From a virus (Duplodnaviria; Caudoviricetes): a DNA stretch of 61,708 nucleotides. Below the pieces are notes generated by a model that saw only the letters and a list, made by a program, of their open reading frames with translations, did not search any database and was not told the DNA's origin. The position numbers and the translations under genes were made by a program. Of this stretch, positions 1 through 9,540 are shown in pieces. Position 1 is the stretch's first letter, and each line of letters starts with the position of its first letter. The stretch is taken from positions 1 through 61,708 of the IMG/VR virus record IMGVR_UViG_3300047457_001340, one strand, 5' to 3'.

Positions 1-164
1 CGCGAGGACCTTACCGGCTCTTCTTTGTTTCCGGGGCCAGCAATAATCTTAGCCTTATTCAGCTCGTCCTGCTTCATTTGAGCGTAGGACTTGGCTACAG
101 CCTCAGATTTATAACATTTTTTCATTTCGGCATGTTTCTTGCCGCAATTCTTGCATAATTCCAT
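1..164 (-). CDS. N-terminus of a probable virion cargo protein (runs off window)
   Basis: Read manually: ATG at 164 gives MELCKNCGKKHAEMKKCYKSEAVAKSYAQMKQDELNKAKII..., open to the window edge; carries YKS/VAKS/LNKA motifs. Confidence 0.7.
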   Translation of the reverse strand, partial: MELCKNCGKKHAEMKKCYKSEAVAKSYAQMKQDELNKAKIIAGPGNKEEPVRSS

Positions 165-240
165 AAATCACCCTAAAAACAATTATAACCCTTGAATACC
201 AGAAGGTTATTTAACCTTAAGATATCTTTAAAAAACCTAT

Positions 241-3200
241 CTATTTGATAGATTTAGCCTTTTTGAGAATTTCCTTGGCCCTCTCCACCTTAATTTGAGC
301 CTTGAGTAGGCGCATGGTGTAGAACGATAGCTGCTCTTTCTCAAACTCTTCTTCAGCCTTGGCGAGCCTTTCCTTAATCTTTTCAGGCTTAAGCTCAAGG
401 ACATGGCCGGGCAAAACAGCCTTATTGGACATGGGCTTCTGAAGAAGGGCGTCCTTCTCATGGGCGAAGGGCTTACCGCCAGCAATGTCGTTGCTTGCGC
501 TTTCCATCTCACCATTTCGCTCAAGCTTATTGATGTCTATGTTGCCCATTCTTTCTTCAAGGTTTTCACCCCCAGCACTGTAGCCAGTGAGCCTGCTCTG
601 GTGCTGACGCGCCATGTTCATATGGTGTTCATAATGGTCCATGTGCTTCTCTGCACTATTGTCATCGCTTGCAGGGCCATTGAACAGGTCGCCTTGGCCC
701 GACTGCTTCAGCCTTGAAGCCAGGTATTTATGAGCCCTCGCCCTCTTAAGGTGGGCGTCCATGGCCTCTATGTGATCTTCTGCCGTCTTGGATGTCTCTT
801 CCCTATTTAGGAATGCTGAGGTCATCTTGCTTGGGACAGGAAGGGTGTTTCCGGGCTGGGGGGTAAAGCCCAATTGCTTGGGGGCCTTCCTATAGGACTC
901 CTTGTAAACAGTGTGGACATTCTTCTCTCCAAGGAAATTGGCCTTGGATTCTGGGGAATGGGTGATAATTCTTTCCACGCCGTGCTTTTTGGCATGATTA
1001 ATGACAGCCGTGAATAGATTCGCTCTCCAGTCACCGTGCATGTCATTGATCTTATCCAGCGCAGCAAGCTTTTCTGCGTCAACTTTTTGACCAGCAGCTT
1101 CTGCAGCTTCGAGCTGAGGGCGAATACCTTTATTCTCAAGGTCCGACTGCATCTCATCCACCACCCAAGTTTTAGGGTCTGAGGTATCCACTCGGGCCCA
1201 GCCGATGGTATTGAAGTTGACGGGGTGCCCACTTCTTTTGGATGTCTCGGTGATGCGGTCAAAGACGTTCTTCAGGGCTGGGTCGGCGTCAATTTCTTTT
1301 AAGCTGTCTGGTGTATGGTCAAGGCGAAAAACAACCTGATCTCCGCCCGTGGAGTTTTGCATAGAATCACTGCCCCATCTATCGTATGAAAGGGCGTATT
1401 TCTTTTTGGGTGTGGCATCAATCTTGTCTTGGATATCCTGAGCAGAAAGCTTGGGTTTATTGAAGTGCTTTTTCCAAGCCTCCTTCAGGTCTGGGTAAGC
1501 TCTATTCATCTTGTCGATGCCGATAGAGCCGCCATTGGCTTCTGCGTGCTCCTTCAACATATTCAGATGATGGAGGTCTTGCCCAAACTCATGCTCATTC
1601 TGCCTATTTGGGATGGTTTCGTTTAGGAAGCCTGCGATCTTTTTTTCTTTGTCTGATGCTTCTGCATGAGCCCTTTCTCTTTCAGACATCAGCCTTCTGG
1701 CTTCTTTATTGTTGATGCTGTCGATCTTCCCACGAACATGGTTGGGCAAGTAGTCGTAATCGTGCATCAATTCATCCATTTTATCGTTAGCCCTACTGTC
1801 AGCGATTTCGCTCTCTCTGTCAGAGAGGCTTTCGCTATAGCCGTCGTAAAGAGAATCCCTTAGGCCCTCTCCTTCTGGGCTATCAACGAAATCGGACTGA
1901 CTGTCAGAAAATCTATCGTCGAATTTGGGGTGGTCGCTGATGCTATATTCGTCGTGGTTGGCGTAGTCAATTTCTTTGGGATTGTGCTTTTCGTCATGCT
2001 CGTCTTTGGCAGCATCATAATCAACCCAATCACTGTCATCCTCTGGGTCAAACCTGTGCTCTCTCTGAAGGTAGTTTGCTACCTCGTCTTTATTGGAGTT
2101 TTTCCAGTCCTTAAAAGCTTTGCCAGTGATTCTTCCATTATCATCTTTGATTTCAGAAAGAGCGTCCATGCCCCTCTCAAGGCTTGGGTCATGATTGGGG
2201 TTTTCTTCTTTCCAATCATGTTTTTCTCTGAGGTAGTCGTAATAGTCGTCTAGATGCCTTTCGGCTTGTCTGCTACTACGCCTTCCGCCGAATATGGGGC
2301 CGATATCATTAACATACTCACTGAACGGATATTCTTCCTCAGCCTGCTCTCTCGCTTCGCCGGAGTCGTAAACATCCTGAATGATGCTATCTCTATGCTC
2401 GTCTTTTAAGTGTTCTTTAAAGTTATCGAGATCATACCCATCATCTTGGTCGTCATTTTCCCACTTATGCCACATTTCCACGGCATGTTTTGGGTCTATG
2501 TGCTCGTTATTGAAGAGATTAAGCTTTGCGTTTTCTGTGCCGTGGCGTTTAATGTGCTCAGCCTGCTCGTCAGAAAGGTGCGGTGAACTTGCTAGGGTCT
2601 TCTCGTAGTCATAACCGTAGCCTTCGCCGCTTTTATAGTTGTCTTCGCCCCAGCTTGCCGTGGCAGGATCGAAGCCCTCCTCATCGGCATCGACATGCTT
2701 TCCGCCAGCGATGCCAAGCTTTTTGTCGATAAACTCTTTTCTTTTGTCCTCTGGAAGCTTGGAAAGCAATCCATTTAGGGTGTATTTGTTGCTGGGGACA
2801 CCCTTATCCAAGTGTTTTAAGATAGCGTCTATGTCTTGGTTTTTTTCGTGAGCCAAGGCTTTGGCTTGAGTGTCTAATGGGACATTCTTTTGGCTGGCTA
2901 GATAGCCGACGCTATCCTGAGACACGTCTGGGTGATTCAAAGCCTCGTCTAGAATTTGTCTTTTGGAATATTCCCCAACATTTTCAGCCTTATGGGTGTG
3001 CTTAATGATTTTATGGAGCTGATCTGGGGTGACACTCTTGTTTCGGACAAGAGCCATCAACTCATCTGAATCCAAGGTTTTGTTTAAAACATGATCTACC
3101 AGCTTATCATCGACATTGGCCAGTCTTAAAAACTTGTCAGCATCATGTCCCGGCGACCCACTGTGCTTCTTTCTGAGCGCCTCGTATATTTTCTTGTTGT

Positions 3201-3399
3201 TTGCCGGGGTATTGTGCTCAGACTTTTGCCAACGCAAATCACTATTGTTGCTATCATCATACCAGTCAAACTCATGAGCCTTATGGCCGTATGCTCCTGT
3301 GAGGAGATTGACATACTCCTCTTTGGTGAGTCCATTTTTAATGTACTCATTGGCTGCCTCTTTATCATCTCCATTTAGGATTCCATGTACCTTAACCAC
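241..3399 (-). CDS. Large multidomain virion-associated protein (helical repeats, acidic middle, C-terminal 'R..E.QSD' domain)
   Basis: 1052-aa ORF; helical repeats (ALNHPDVS, LASSPHLS, LFNNEHID); C-terminal H..IGWARVD..WVVDEMQSD motif of a kind seen in large phage virion proteins; LAKA/LKKA at the C-terminus. Confidence 0.6.
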   Translation of the reverse strand: MVKVHGILNGDDKEAANEYIKNGLTKEEYVNLLTGAYGHKAHEFDWYDDSNNSDLRWQKSEHNTPANNKKIYEALRKKHSGSPGHDADKFLRLANVDDKLVDHVLNKTLDSDELMALVRNKSVTPDQLHKIIKHTHKAENVGEYSKRQILDEALNHPDVSQDSVGYLASQKNVPLDTQAKALAHEKNQDIDAILKHLDKGVPSNKYTLNGLLSKLPEDKRKEFIDKKLGIAGGKHVDADEEGFDPATASWGEDNYKSGEGYGYDYEKTLASSPHLSDEQAEHIKRHGTENAKLNLFNNEHIDPKHAVEMWHKWENDDQDDGYDLDNFKEHLKDEHRDSIIQDVYDSGEAREQAEEEYPFSEYVNDIGPIFGGRRSSRQAERHLDDYYDYLREKHDWKEENPNHDPSLERGMDALSEIKDDNGRITGKAFKDWKNSNKDEVANYLQREHRFDPEDDSDWVDYDAAKDEHDEKHNPKEIDYANHDEYSISDHPKFDDRFSDSQSDFVDSPEGEGLRDSLYDGYSESLSDRESEIADSRANDKMDELMHDYDYLPNHVRGKIDSINNKEARRLMSERERAHAEASDKEKKIAGFLNETIPNRQNEHEFGQDLHHLNMLKEHAEANGGSIGIDKMNRAYPDLKEAWKKHFNKPKLSAQDIQDKIDATPKKKYALSYDRWGSDSMQNSTGGDQVVFRLDHTPDSLKEIDADPALKNVFDRITETSKRSGHPVNFNTIGWARVDTSDPKTWVVDEMQSDLENKGIRPQLEAAEAAGQKVDAEKLAALDKINDMHGDWRANLFTAVINHAKKHGVERIITHSPESKANFLGEKNVHTVYKESYRKAPKQLGFTPQPGNTLPVPSKMTSAFLNREETSKTAEDHIEAMDAHLKRARAHKYLASRLKQSGQGDLFNGPASDDNSAEKHMDHYEHHMNMARQHQSRLTGYSAGGENLEERMGNIDINKLERNGEMESASNDIAGGKPFAHEKDALLQKPMSNKAVLPGHVLELKPEKIKERLAKAEEEFEKEQLSFYTMRLLKAQIKVERAKEILKKAKSIK

Positions 3400-4795
3400 G
3401 TTTTGTCATCTCCAGCATGATTCTGCGAACATATTTGGGGTCCATATTGTTTTCGCGGGCATACTTATCAGCAGCCTTGTAAACCTCACTCACCTGATCT
3501 CTGGACCTATCAATCCTCATTTGGCGTTCGTCCGTTGGGAATTCGTCTTGATCTTCTTGGGGGGCTTCTTGCTCTTGCGGTGCCTCTTCTTGTTGTTGTT
3601 CTTGTTCAGGGGCTTCCTGTTGAGGTTGGGCAGAGTCTTGCTCTGGAGCCTCTTGTCCTTGGGCGTAGGGGTCTTGGCCTTCTTTTAGGGCTTCTGTGTT
3701 CTGATTGGGCTCTCTTAATGCCACCTGCATCTTGGCGGAGTCGGTCGTGTCCTTGTCCTTTAGGCGCATCTCGATTTCTTGGTTGGTGGAGTCGTCATAG
3801 GTGACTACTTCGCCTTTACCCCTGAGCTTGCCTAAAGTTTTGGCACGGGTGGATTCACTGATCTTTTTGCCGATGCCAATGGTCGCGGTGACATTAGCTC
3901 TAGTGACATAATCTTCTTGTAGGTTTTGGATGAAATTAAGAGCTGTAGATGGGAGCTTGGCCATCATTTCGGTGCCATTGGCGGTGAGGATGGTGCCGCC
4001 CATTTGAATCACCCAAGCTTTAAAAGCCTCTTGGCCAGCATTAAGGCCTTCTGATCTGGCAATCAGCTTAGCCTCATCGTCTTGTAGGGCGGTGCGATCA
4101 AAGGTGTCAACGGAAGAGGTTTTTTCTAGGTCTGCCTCGGCAACATGATTTACAACATAGTCATGGTATTCATTTGGGGACATTGAGCCTACAATACCTG
4201 AGTAATGGTGAAGTCCCGCATATTTAAGAGTCTTAACTGCGATATGCTGCTTGTCTAGCTCACGGTCCTCAAGCGTATTCAGAACCCGCATCGCCTTCTT
4301 ATGGTCTGGGTGTTTAGAAACACTGATTTTTAGGTTACTTAAGCCATCTTCCGACTTAAAGTAGGCCTTGGTTTCCTTCTCTGCCTCGGTCTCCTTATTC
4401 TCTTCACTGAGCTTCTTGACCTGAGCTTCTACTTCTTCACTGTATTCGACAATCTTGTCTTTGCCGGTGAGCTTAGCACCAATCAGGGCCGTTTCACCGT
4501 GTCTCAGTGTGGTCCCAACGCCAACAGAGAGGGTGAAGCCTGTCTTTTTGGCATAGGCCGCCCTCAGCTCTTCAAGCTTTTTGGTTTCAATATCTTTGAA
4601 ATAGAATCTTGCTTCATCTCCGCCGTAGGAGATCATTTCGCCGCCATTGGCCTTAACCCAATCGGCAATGAGGGTTTCGCCCGCCTCAATGATGTTGGCG
4701 ACTTCCTTCACCTTGGCGGGGTCATCGGACATCACTGCCCTTCCAACTCTACTTCCAGCATTGTCTGCATCGACTGAGCAAAACTTCATAATCAC
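3392..4795 (-). CDS. Tandem mCpol/GGDEF-palm-like nucleotide cyclase protein
   Basis: SVDADNAG...GGEMISYGGDE...LSVGVG...AKLTGKD matches the minimal Cas10/GGDEF palm; degenerate second copy at about aa 226-345; Q/E-rich tail. Confidence 0.75.
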   Translation of the reverse strand: MIMKFCSVDADNAGSRVGRAVMSDDPAKVKEVANIIEAGETLIADWVKANGGEMISYGGDEARFYFKDIETKKLEELRAAYAKKTGFTLSVGVGTTLRHGETALIGAKLTGKDKIVEYSEEVEAQVKKLSEENKETEAEKETKAYFKSEDGLSNLKISVSKHPDHKKAMRVLNTLEDRELDKQHIAVKTLKYAGLHHYSGIVGSMSPNEYHDYVVNHVAEADLEKTSSVDTFDRTALQDDEAKLIARSEGLNAGQEAFKAWVIQMGGTILTANGTEMMAKLPSTALNFIQNLQEDYVTRANVTATIGIGKKISESTRAKTLGKLRGKGEVVTYDDSTNQEIEMRLKDKDTTDSAKMQVALREPNQNTEALKEGQDPYAQGQEAPEQDSAQPQQEAPEQEQQQEEAPQEQEAPQEDQDEFPTDERQMRIDRSRDQVSEVYKAADKYARENNMDPKYVRRIMLEMTKRG

Positions 4796-5211
4796 TCCGT
4801 GTCCGCTGAGAGAGTCAGGTAAACCGTGTATGGGGCATCCATCATGGGCTCAGCCCCAAAGCTCTCATTGGCAGAACCAATCTGGGCGGTTTGCTTCACC
4901 GCTTCTTCAGATTGCTTCCTTTGTTGTACGCGATCAAGTAACTCCCTGAGAATCTGGATTGCTGGACCAATTCGGTCGTCTATAGTAGGATTTGGTTCCT
5001 GCTCCATGGACTCCTCATCGGCAATGGCCTGAAGGTCGCTCCCCATTCCATTAATGTAGTCGGCCACCTCTGGCAGCGTTGAGAACTGCGCCAGATTCAA
5101 GTCTTGGGCTACCTGTGGGTTTCCACCTACAACATCGAATCCGCCAGCCTCGTTTTCGGCAAGCATCACTAGGGGCTGTCCACTTTTTTGGCTGACAATC
5201 GTTAAGTTCAT
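4792..5211 (-). CDS. Hypothetical protein
   Basis: ORF, probable start at the ATG at 5211 just past the upstream stop; coupled to the downstream gene. Confidence 0.7.
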   Translation of the reverse strand: MNLTIVSQKSGQPLVMLAENEAGGFDVVGGNPQVAQDLNLAQFSTLPEVADYINGMGSDLQAIADEESMEQEPNPTIDDRIGPAIQILRELLDRVQQRKQSEEAVKQTAQIGSANESFGAEPMMDAPYTVYLTLSADTE

Positions 5212-5215
5212 GAAA

Positions 5216-6958
5216 CTATCTCTTTTTAATAATCTGAGCGGCCTTGCGTTTGATATCAATGATGAAAGCTTCCCTGCTCTCATCATCCCACTTCTTGTCG
5301 AAGGAGAGTTTTAAACTCTTTTTTACCGAATCAAATTTCATCTGTGGTTTTGGGAGGCCTGTGTAGCAATCGCAAAAGATTTCGCCACTGCCACAATCTT
5401 GACAGTCACCTTGCTCCTCATCCATACTCTTAGCTAGGTCTCTGGATGAGATTGATACTTGGGCGCTTTTTTTGATCTCATTGAACTGTGGCAGCTGTTT
5501 AATCTTGCCAGACTTCAATGATTCGAGGGCGTGGTTTTTTAATGACTCAAGTTCCTCATTGAGATCTGAGTAGTCAATGTGTTCAGACAATCTGTTTTTG
5601 AGGTCCTTGATTTTGACGCCCAGTTCTTTTCTTTGCTTGCCTGCCTCTACTAAGTCATCTTTATGGGATGGGGACTCAAGCACATTGATAAGCCGTTTGT
5701 GCTCATTGGTAAACTCTTTCTCGTCCATTTTAATGGATTTACCCATAAATTCCTTAACCTTCCCGTGCTTGATGAAGTGCTCGGTGTCTGCTGAGACATT
5801 AGAGAAATCATCGCCACTTTCCCATCCGTCATGATGAACCATGAAAGATGTGTGGGGGTCGTAAATAGAGTCTTTAATCATGTTGCGAAGAGTTTTATTG
5901 GCGGGATGCTTGGGGTTGTTTAAAACACTCTCTGCCGCAGCAACCTCGTTACCGCCCGCAGATCCTACTTTGATATACCCTCTTTTCAATGCTTCAAATT
6001 CGTCACCCTCTTTATTGGCGATCCAGTCTTCATGGTATTCATTTGGCTTAAGGCGATTAAACTTTCCATCAGGAGAAATCCATCCATGGAAAGAGTCATT
6101 GCCTGAGCCATAGGTGTGCTTTTTGATGTCGTTTGTGGGCTTCAGCTGCTGAAGCGTTACTCTCATTGCTTCGGGAGGGGTGCCGTGAACATATACCATT
6201 TTGGTTTTGTGCTTATTTGCTTCATCAATGGCTTCGTTCAATTCTGCGTTGGTGGGGGAATGAAGATGCTTGCCGATCATGTGGACATGATCTTCGTGAG
6301 TGGCATGAAAAACATGAACACCCTTCATGGTGCCATAGTAGTGGGGATGTCTGTCGTCTGAGCGCTCCAGTGGCTCCGGGTTCACTGCAAGCTGAAACTT
6401 ATGGCCTGAGGGAAGGAGAGTGAAGTGGTTGTCGTAGTGGCCTCCGTGGGAAACGCCTACACCCGGCTCACTCTTTCTACCATCTCCAAACACAAAATGA
6501 TTTGTGAGATATGACGAATGAAGGACGGATGTTTGGTTATATTTGTTTCCAAGGGCTTCAAGCTTTTTCTTGTTCTCTTCAGAGCCGTCATGGGGCACCA
6601 TGTAGCCCTTTTCTTCGGTGTCATATTTGCCGTGAGTCTCAACTGGCTTCAGTCCATGGGCAATAATATCTTGTTTCAGCTGTCGATGAGCCTCTTCGTT
6701 GTGCTCTCCACCAGTCTTTTGCGCAGAAAGGCAGGTGAAATGGTCTGGTAAAACAAGATCTCCTTTGGGCTTCACTTCTCCCGACAGGTGCTTGTGATAG
6801 TGGTCTGGGAGTGGCCAGTGGTCGAGACCTTTAGGTGCGCCCGACTTATCCCAATAGTCGCTTACAGCTTTTGTTTTGGGATCAAAGTCTGGTGTTATAG
6901 TGGATTTGGACAGGGTCTTGTGTTCTTTGGCCATAAGGTAATTATCCACCGAAAACAC
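5216..6958 (-). CDS. Multidomain cargo protein: SAM-lyase-like domain, GWxxPxG domain, C-terminal Cys cluster
   Basis: LSA..N...L..GKY..EE...LGNKYNQTSVL; HGWISPDG domain; CQDC...CDC; linkers LSKS, LERS, MGKS, IKKS, LAKS. Confidence 0.65.
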   Translation of the reverse strand: MFSVDNYLMAKEHKTLSKSTITPDFDPKTKAVSDYWDKSGAPKGLDHWPLPDHYHKHLSGEVKPKGDLVLPDHFTCLSAQKTGGEHNEEAHRQLKQDIIAHGLKPVETHGKYDTEEKGYMVPHDGSEENKKKLEALGNKYNQTSVLHSSYLTNHFVFGDGRKSEPGVGVSHGGHYDNHFTLLPSGHKFQLAVNPEPLERSDDRHPHYYGTMKGVHVFHATHEDHVHMIGKHLHSPTNAELNEAIDEANKHKTKMVYVHGTPPEAMRVTLQQLKPTNDIKKHTYGSGNDSFHGWISPDGKFNRLKPNEYHEDWIANKEGDEFEALKRGYIKVGSAGGNEVAAAESVLNNPKHPANKTLRNMIKDSIYDPHTSFMVHHDGWESGDDFSNVSADTEHFIKHGKVKEFMGKSIKMDEKEFTNEHKRLINVLESPSHKDDLVEAGKQRKELGVKIKDLKNRLSEHIDYSDLNEELESLKNHALESLKSGKIKQLPQFNEIKKSAQVSISSRDLAKSMDEEQGDCQDCGSGEIFCDCYTGLPKPQMKFDSVKKSLKLSFDKKWDDESREAFIIDIKRKAAQIIKKR

Positions 6959-6981
6959 TAGAATTGACTTATGGTTACGCC

Positions 6982-7794
6982 TTAAACAGAGCCATCTTTA
7001 GGCTCTGGTCTGTCGGAAGGACCCACCTTGTCGTAGGGGTCGTGTGGAATGAAGTCCTTTCGAACAACTGCCAACTGAGGGAAGCGCTGTTGAATAGAAT
7101 TTCCATCTTTATCAAGGGTTTGCGTAGCCCTAATCTGATGGGGCAGGCCTATGACGGTGAAAACTGGTCTGGTGTAATAGTTGACCGAATAGATAATCCC
7201 ATTACCTGTGACAGGGTCATATCCGGGCCTTTCTCCAACCCACTCTAAGTACCCTTTTTCATTAATAATTACATCGACCCCAACCCGATACTGGACGCCA
7301 TAGGCATCCATAATGAAGTCAATACTTTTAGCTGGAAAGTGGAGCTTGTCGATTCCTGTCTGACTATGCTCTACAAGCTGATAGTAGCGAACCGTGTAGT
7401 CTGGCACCAAGATCTGATCAAAAAACTGAACATCAAGCTCCGTACCGTCATCGTAGGTAGAGGGAAGGACAATCGTGGCCTGATCGATGTCATAAGAACC
7501 ATTCATCACGAATTGGCGCTGATTACTATTGCCCTGAAAGGCTCCAATAAAAGCCCGCTCGCCGTAGTAGATAAAGCCGTTGTGGCAATCGGTACATCCG
7601 GGATCATGGTCCCCATCATGAATACTTAAGCGCCTCGGACATGGCACAGGTCTTGAATGCACCATGCGAATGCCCTTACTTTTAATCAGCTCATTGAAGG
7701 AATCTGGGTTCATTCCTGCCTGAGGCTGGCCACTGGGCTGCTGACCAAGGAGCTTGGATGGGAGCTTAATGTTTGGAATTTTTGGCTGCGACAT
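6982..7794 (-). CDS. Head-tail connector/neck protein (SPO1/Twort-like)
   Basis: PCP...H...CxxC.NG N-terminal motif typical of this neck protein family; structural gene context. Confidence 0.6.
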   Translation of the reverse strand: MSQPKIPNIKLPSKLLGQQPSGQPQAGMNPDSFNELIKSKGIRMVHSRPVPCPRRLSIHDGDHDPGCTDCHNGFIYYGERAFIGAFQGNSNQRQFVMNGSYDIDQATIVLPSTYDDGTELDVQFFDQILVPDYTVRYYQLVEHSQTGIDKLHFPAKSIDFIMDAYGVQYRVGVDVIINEKGYLEWVGERPGYDPVTGNGIIYSVNYYTRPVFTVIGLPHQIRATQTLDKDGNSIQQRFPQLAVVRKDFIPHDPYDKVGPSDRPEPKDGSV

Positions 7795-8263
7795 TTCTCA
7801 TGGCCTTCAGGTGCTTATCGAACCTTTTAACATAGTTGTGGTTGACTATTTCTGTTTCAGAAACCTTATTCACTTTATTTGGTCCAAATAACCAGCTATA
7901 AGCAGCTCTCTTGGGTCCAAACTTCTTTCTCAGAGTGCTCCAGTAGTACATCGCAATCTCCCTATCCATCTTTCGATTATGATTGAGGAGCTTTGTGATG
8001 GCCGAATTAGAGAGAGGTAGGATGTTTCCGTACTTCTTTCTTAGGTCCTTTGATCTTAGAACCAAGTCTCTGGCAGTGATTGGCATCAGACCATACCACC
8101 CACCAGCCCTAGTTCCCTTGTGCATCCCACCCTCAATCACTCTATGATTCAGGAAGATACCGCCCTTAGTTTCAACAAGGGCAATTGAGTTCAATTCGTT
8201 GTCAAATGATGCGAAAGCTAGTTGCGAAAAAAATAATGTTAAAACAATACAAGCATTAGTCAT
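7766..8263 (-). CDS. Secreted lytic transglycosylase/lysozyme-like protein
   Basis: Signal peptide (...LAFA); IALVET (catalytic Glu), GWYGLMP, AAYSW, YV motifs of the SLT fold. Confidence 0.7.
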   Translation of the reverse strand: MTNACIVLTLFFSQLAFASFDNELNSIALVETKGGIFLNHRVIEGGMHKGTRAGGWYGLMPITARDLVLRSKDLRKKYGNILPLSNSAITKLLNHNRKMDREIAMYYWSTLRKKFGPKRAAYSWLFGPNKVNKVSETEIVNHNYVKRFDKHLKAMRNVAAKNSKH

Positions 8264-9086
8264 TCAGGTTAGATTTGATCTTCCTGATATGCTCGATTAC
8301 CCTCTTCCCTTTCTCAATACGGGTATTCGACTCCGACTTATGGAGTTTCACTTGATGTGGCTCCACATACGCAACATCGTTGGTGCCACCCACTTGCACC
8401 TTGATTTTATTGGGTACATTTGGGTTGGTTGGGCGAACTATGGCCAACTTGTTGTGTAGCGCAGTTCCATGCGCGTCGATTCTTACCGTACTGCCGGGGA
8501 TATGCTGCTTGGCGATATGCGGCTGTGCGGTGAGAGCTTGGTTTGAACCTGATTTTTCTTTTAAATTTGGATTGGACATCTTCACTCTGGTTGTGAAAAC
8601 AAACTCGCCACTCTTTTTGTCAGTGGCATAGTGATAGTGGTCCATGTCCTTGTCTTGAAATGCGTGGGTAGCCTTAATTTGGTCGTGAGGAGGTAGCTCG
8701 GAGTAGTGCTTGTAATCGTATTTGGGGTTCAACCCCGCTGGCTTATCTTGGGGATAACTCACTGCCTTTTCAAAGGACTCGCCCTTATTTAGCTTTCTTT
8801 GTCTGGACAATACTCGATTATATACATGATTGGCGCGGTCAAAATAAGGCTTGACGCTTGGGTGGAAATCTGCGGCCTCACTGTGCTTTCCTTCAGAAAT
8901 TAACTGCTTTACGTGGTCTTCGGAGTGTTTCTGTGCCTTACTAATCAGAGCCCTGGCGTGGTGAACTCTTCCAATTCTCAAAGCATCGAAAGCCTGAGCT
9001 AAGCGGTGAAAAATATTCTGATAATGGCTTCTGTTTTCTACGCCATCGTCTCCAAAAAATGGTGATGCAGACTTATTTTTACTCAT
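8256..9086 (-). CDS. Probable virion cargo protein with C-terminal SH3/KOW-like region
   Basis: 276-aa His-rich ORF; linkers LNKGESFEKA and LHKS...IEKG; PGSTVRI...KVQVG beta-rich segment. Confidence 0.5.
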   Translation of the reverse strand: MSKNKSASPFFGDDGVENRSHYQNIFHRLAQAFDALRIGRVHHARALISKAQKHSEDHVKQLISEGKHSEAADFHPSVKPYFDRANHVYNRVLSRQRKLNKGESFEKAVSYPQDKPAGLNPKYDYKHYSELPPHDQIKATHAFQDKDMDHYHYATDKKSGEFVFTTRVKMSNPNLKEKSGSNQALTAQPHIAKQHIPGSTVRIDAHGTALHNKLAIVRPTNPNVPNKIKVQVGGTNDVAYVEPHQVKLHKSESNTRIEKGKRVIEHIRKIKSNLND

Positions 9087-9124
9087 ATGCTTCTCTTAGT
9101 TATACCTATCTCACCAAATGCTTG

Positions 9125-9538
9125 TTATAACTCACCATAAACCGTAATAGCTCTGGGCAAGATGGCGATCTTCTTATTGGAGCCCTCGGAAACCTCTACC
9201 TTGAGAGTGCTAGACACTAAGGCCTCTGTTTCTGAGGAGGTTAGGGGAATTTTGTAAATTGAATTGTCACCAACGAATGCCACCACGGCGGATCTGGTAA
9301 GGGTTGGATTTGATCCTACTCTGGTATTATTTGGTCCAGCAGACACTTCATCCATTCTAGGAATAACAAGCTGAACGGTCGCTCCGGGGGAAGGAATGTA
9401 CCTTAGGCCGTTTTGGTCCTGATCCACAAGCTGGACAAAAATTTCAGCTGTTTCTCCCCTGACAATTTCAACACTTGAAACATGTTTGAAACAATTTGCT
9501 GTCGCACCAGAATTTAATAATTTTAAACCAAGTCTCAT
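9125..9538 (-). CDS. Beta-rich virion structural protein
   Basis: 137-aa Ig-like pattern (RGET...VQLVD, YKIPLT) between structural genes. Confidence 0.5.
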   Translation of the reverse strand: MRLGLKLLNSGATANCFKHVSSVEIVRGETAEIFVQLVDQDQNGLRYIPSPGATVQLVIPRMDEVSAGPNNTRVGSNPTLTRSAVVAFVGDNSIYKIPLTSSETEALVSSTLKVEVSEGSNKKIAILPRAITVYGEL

Positions 9539-9540
9539 AA

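Noticed and set aside
3385-3410. Programmed frameshift fusing the mCpol protein to the 1052-aa protein
   Set aside because: No slippery heptamer; GGAG upstream of the GTG explains an ordinary 8-nt overlap
3392-4795. Cas10/type III CRISPR locus or canonical diguanylate cyclase
   Set aside because: No HD domain, other cas genes or array; the domain is minimal and lacks the GGDEF N-terminal DxLTG elements
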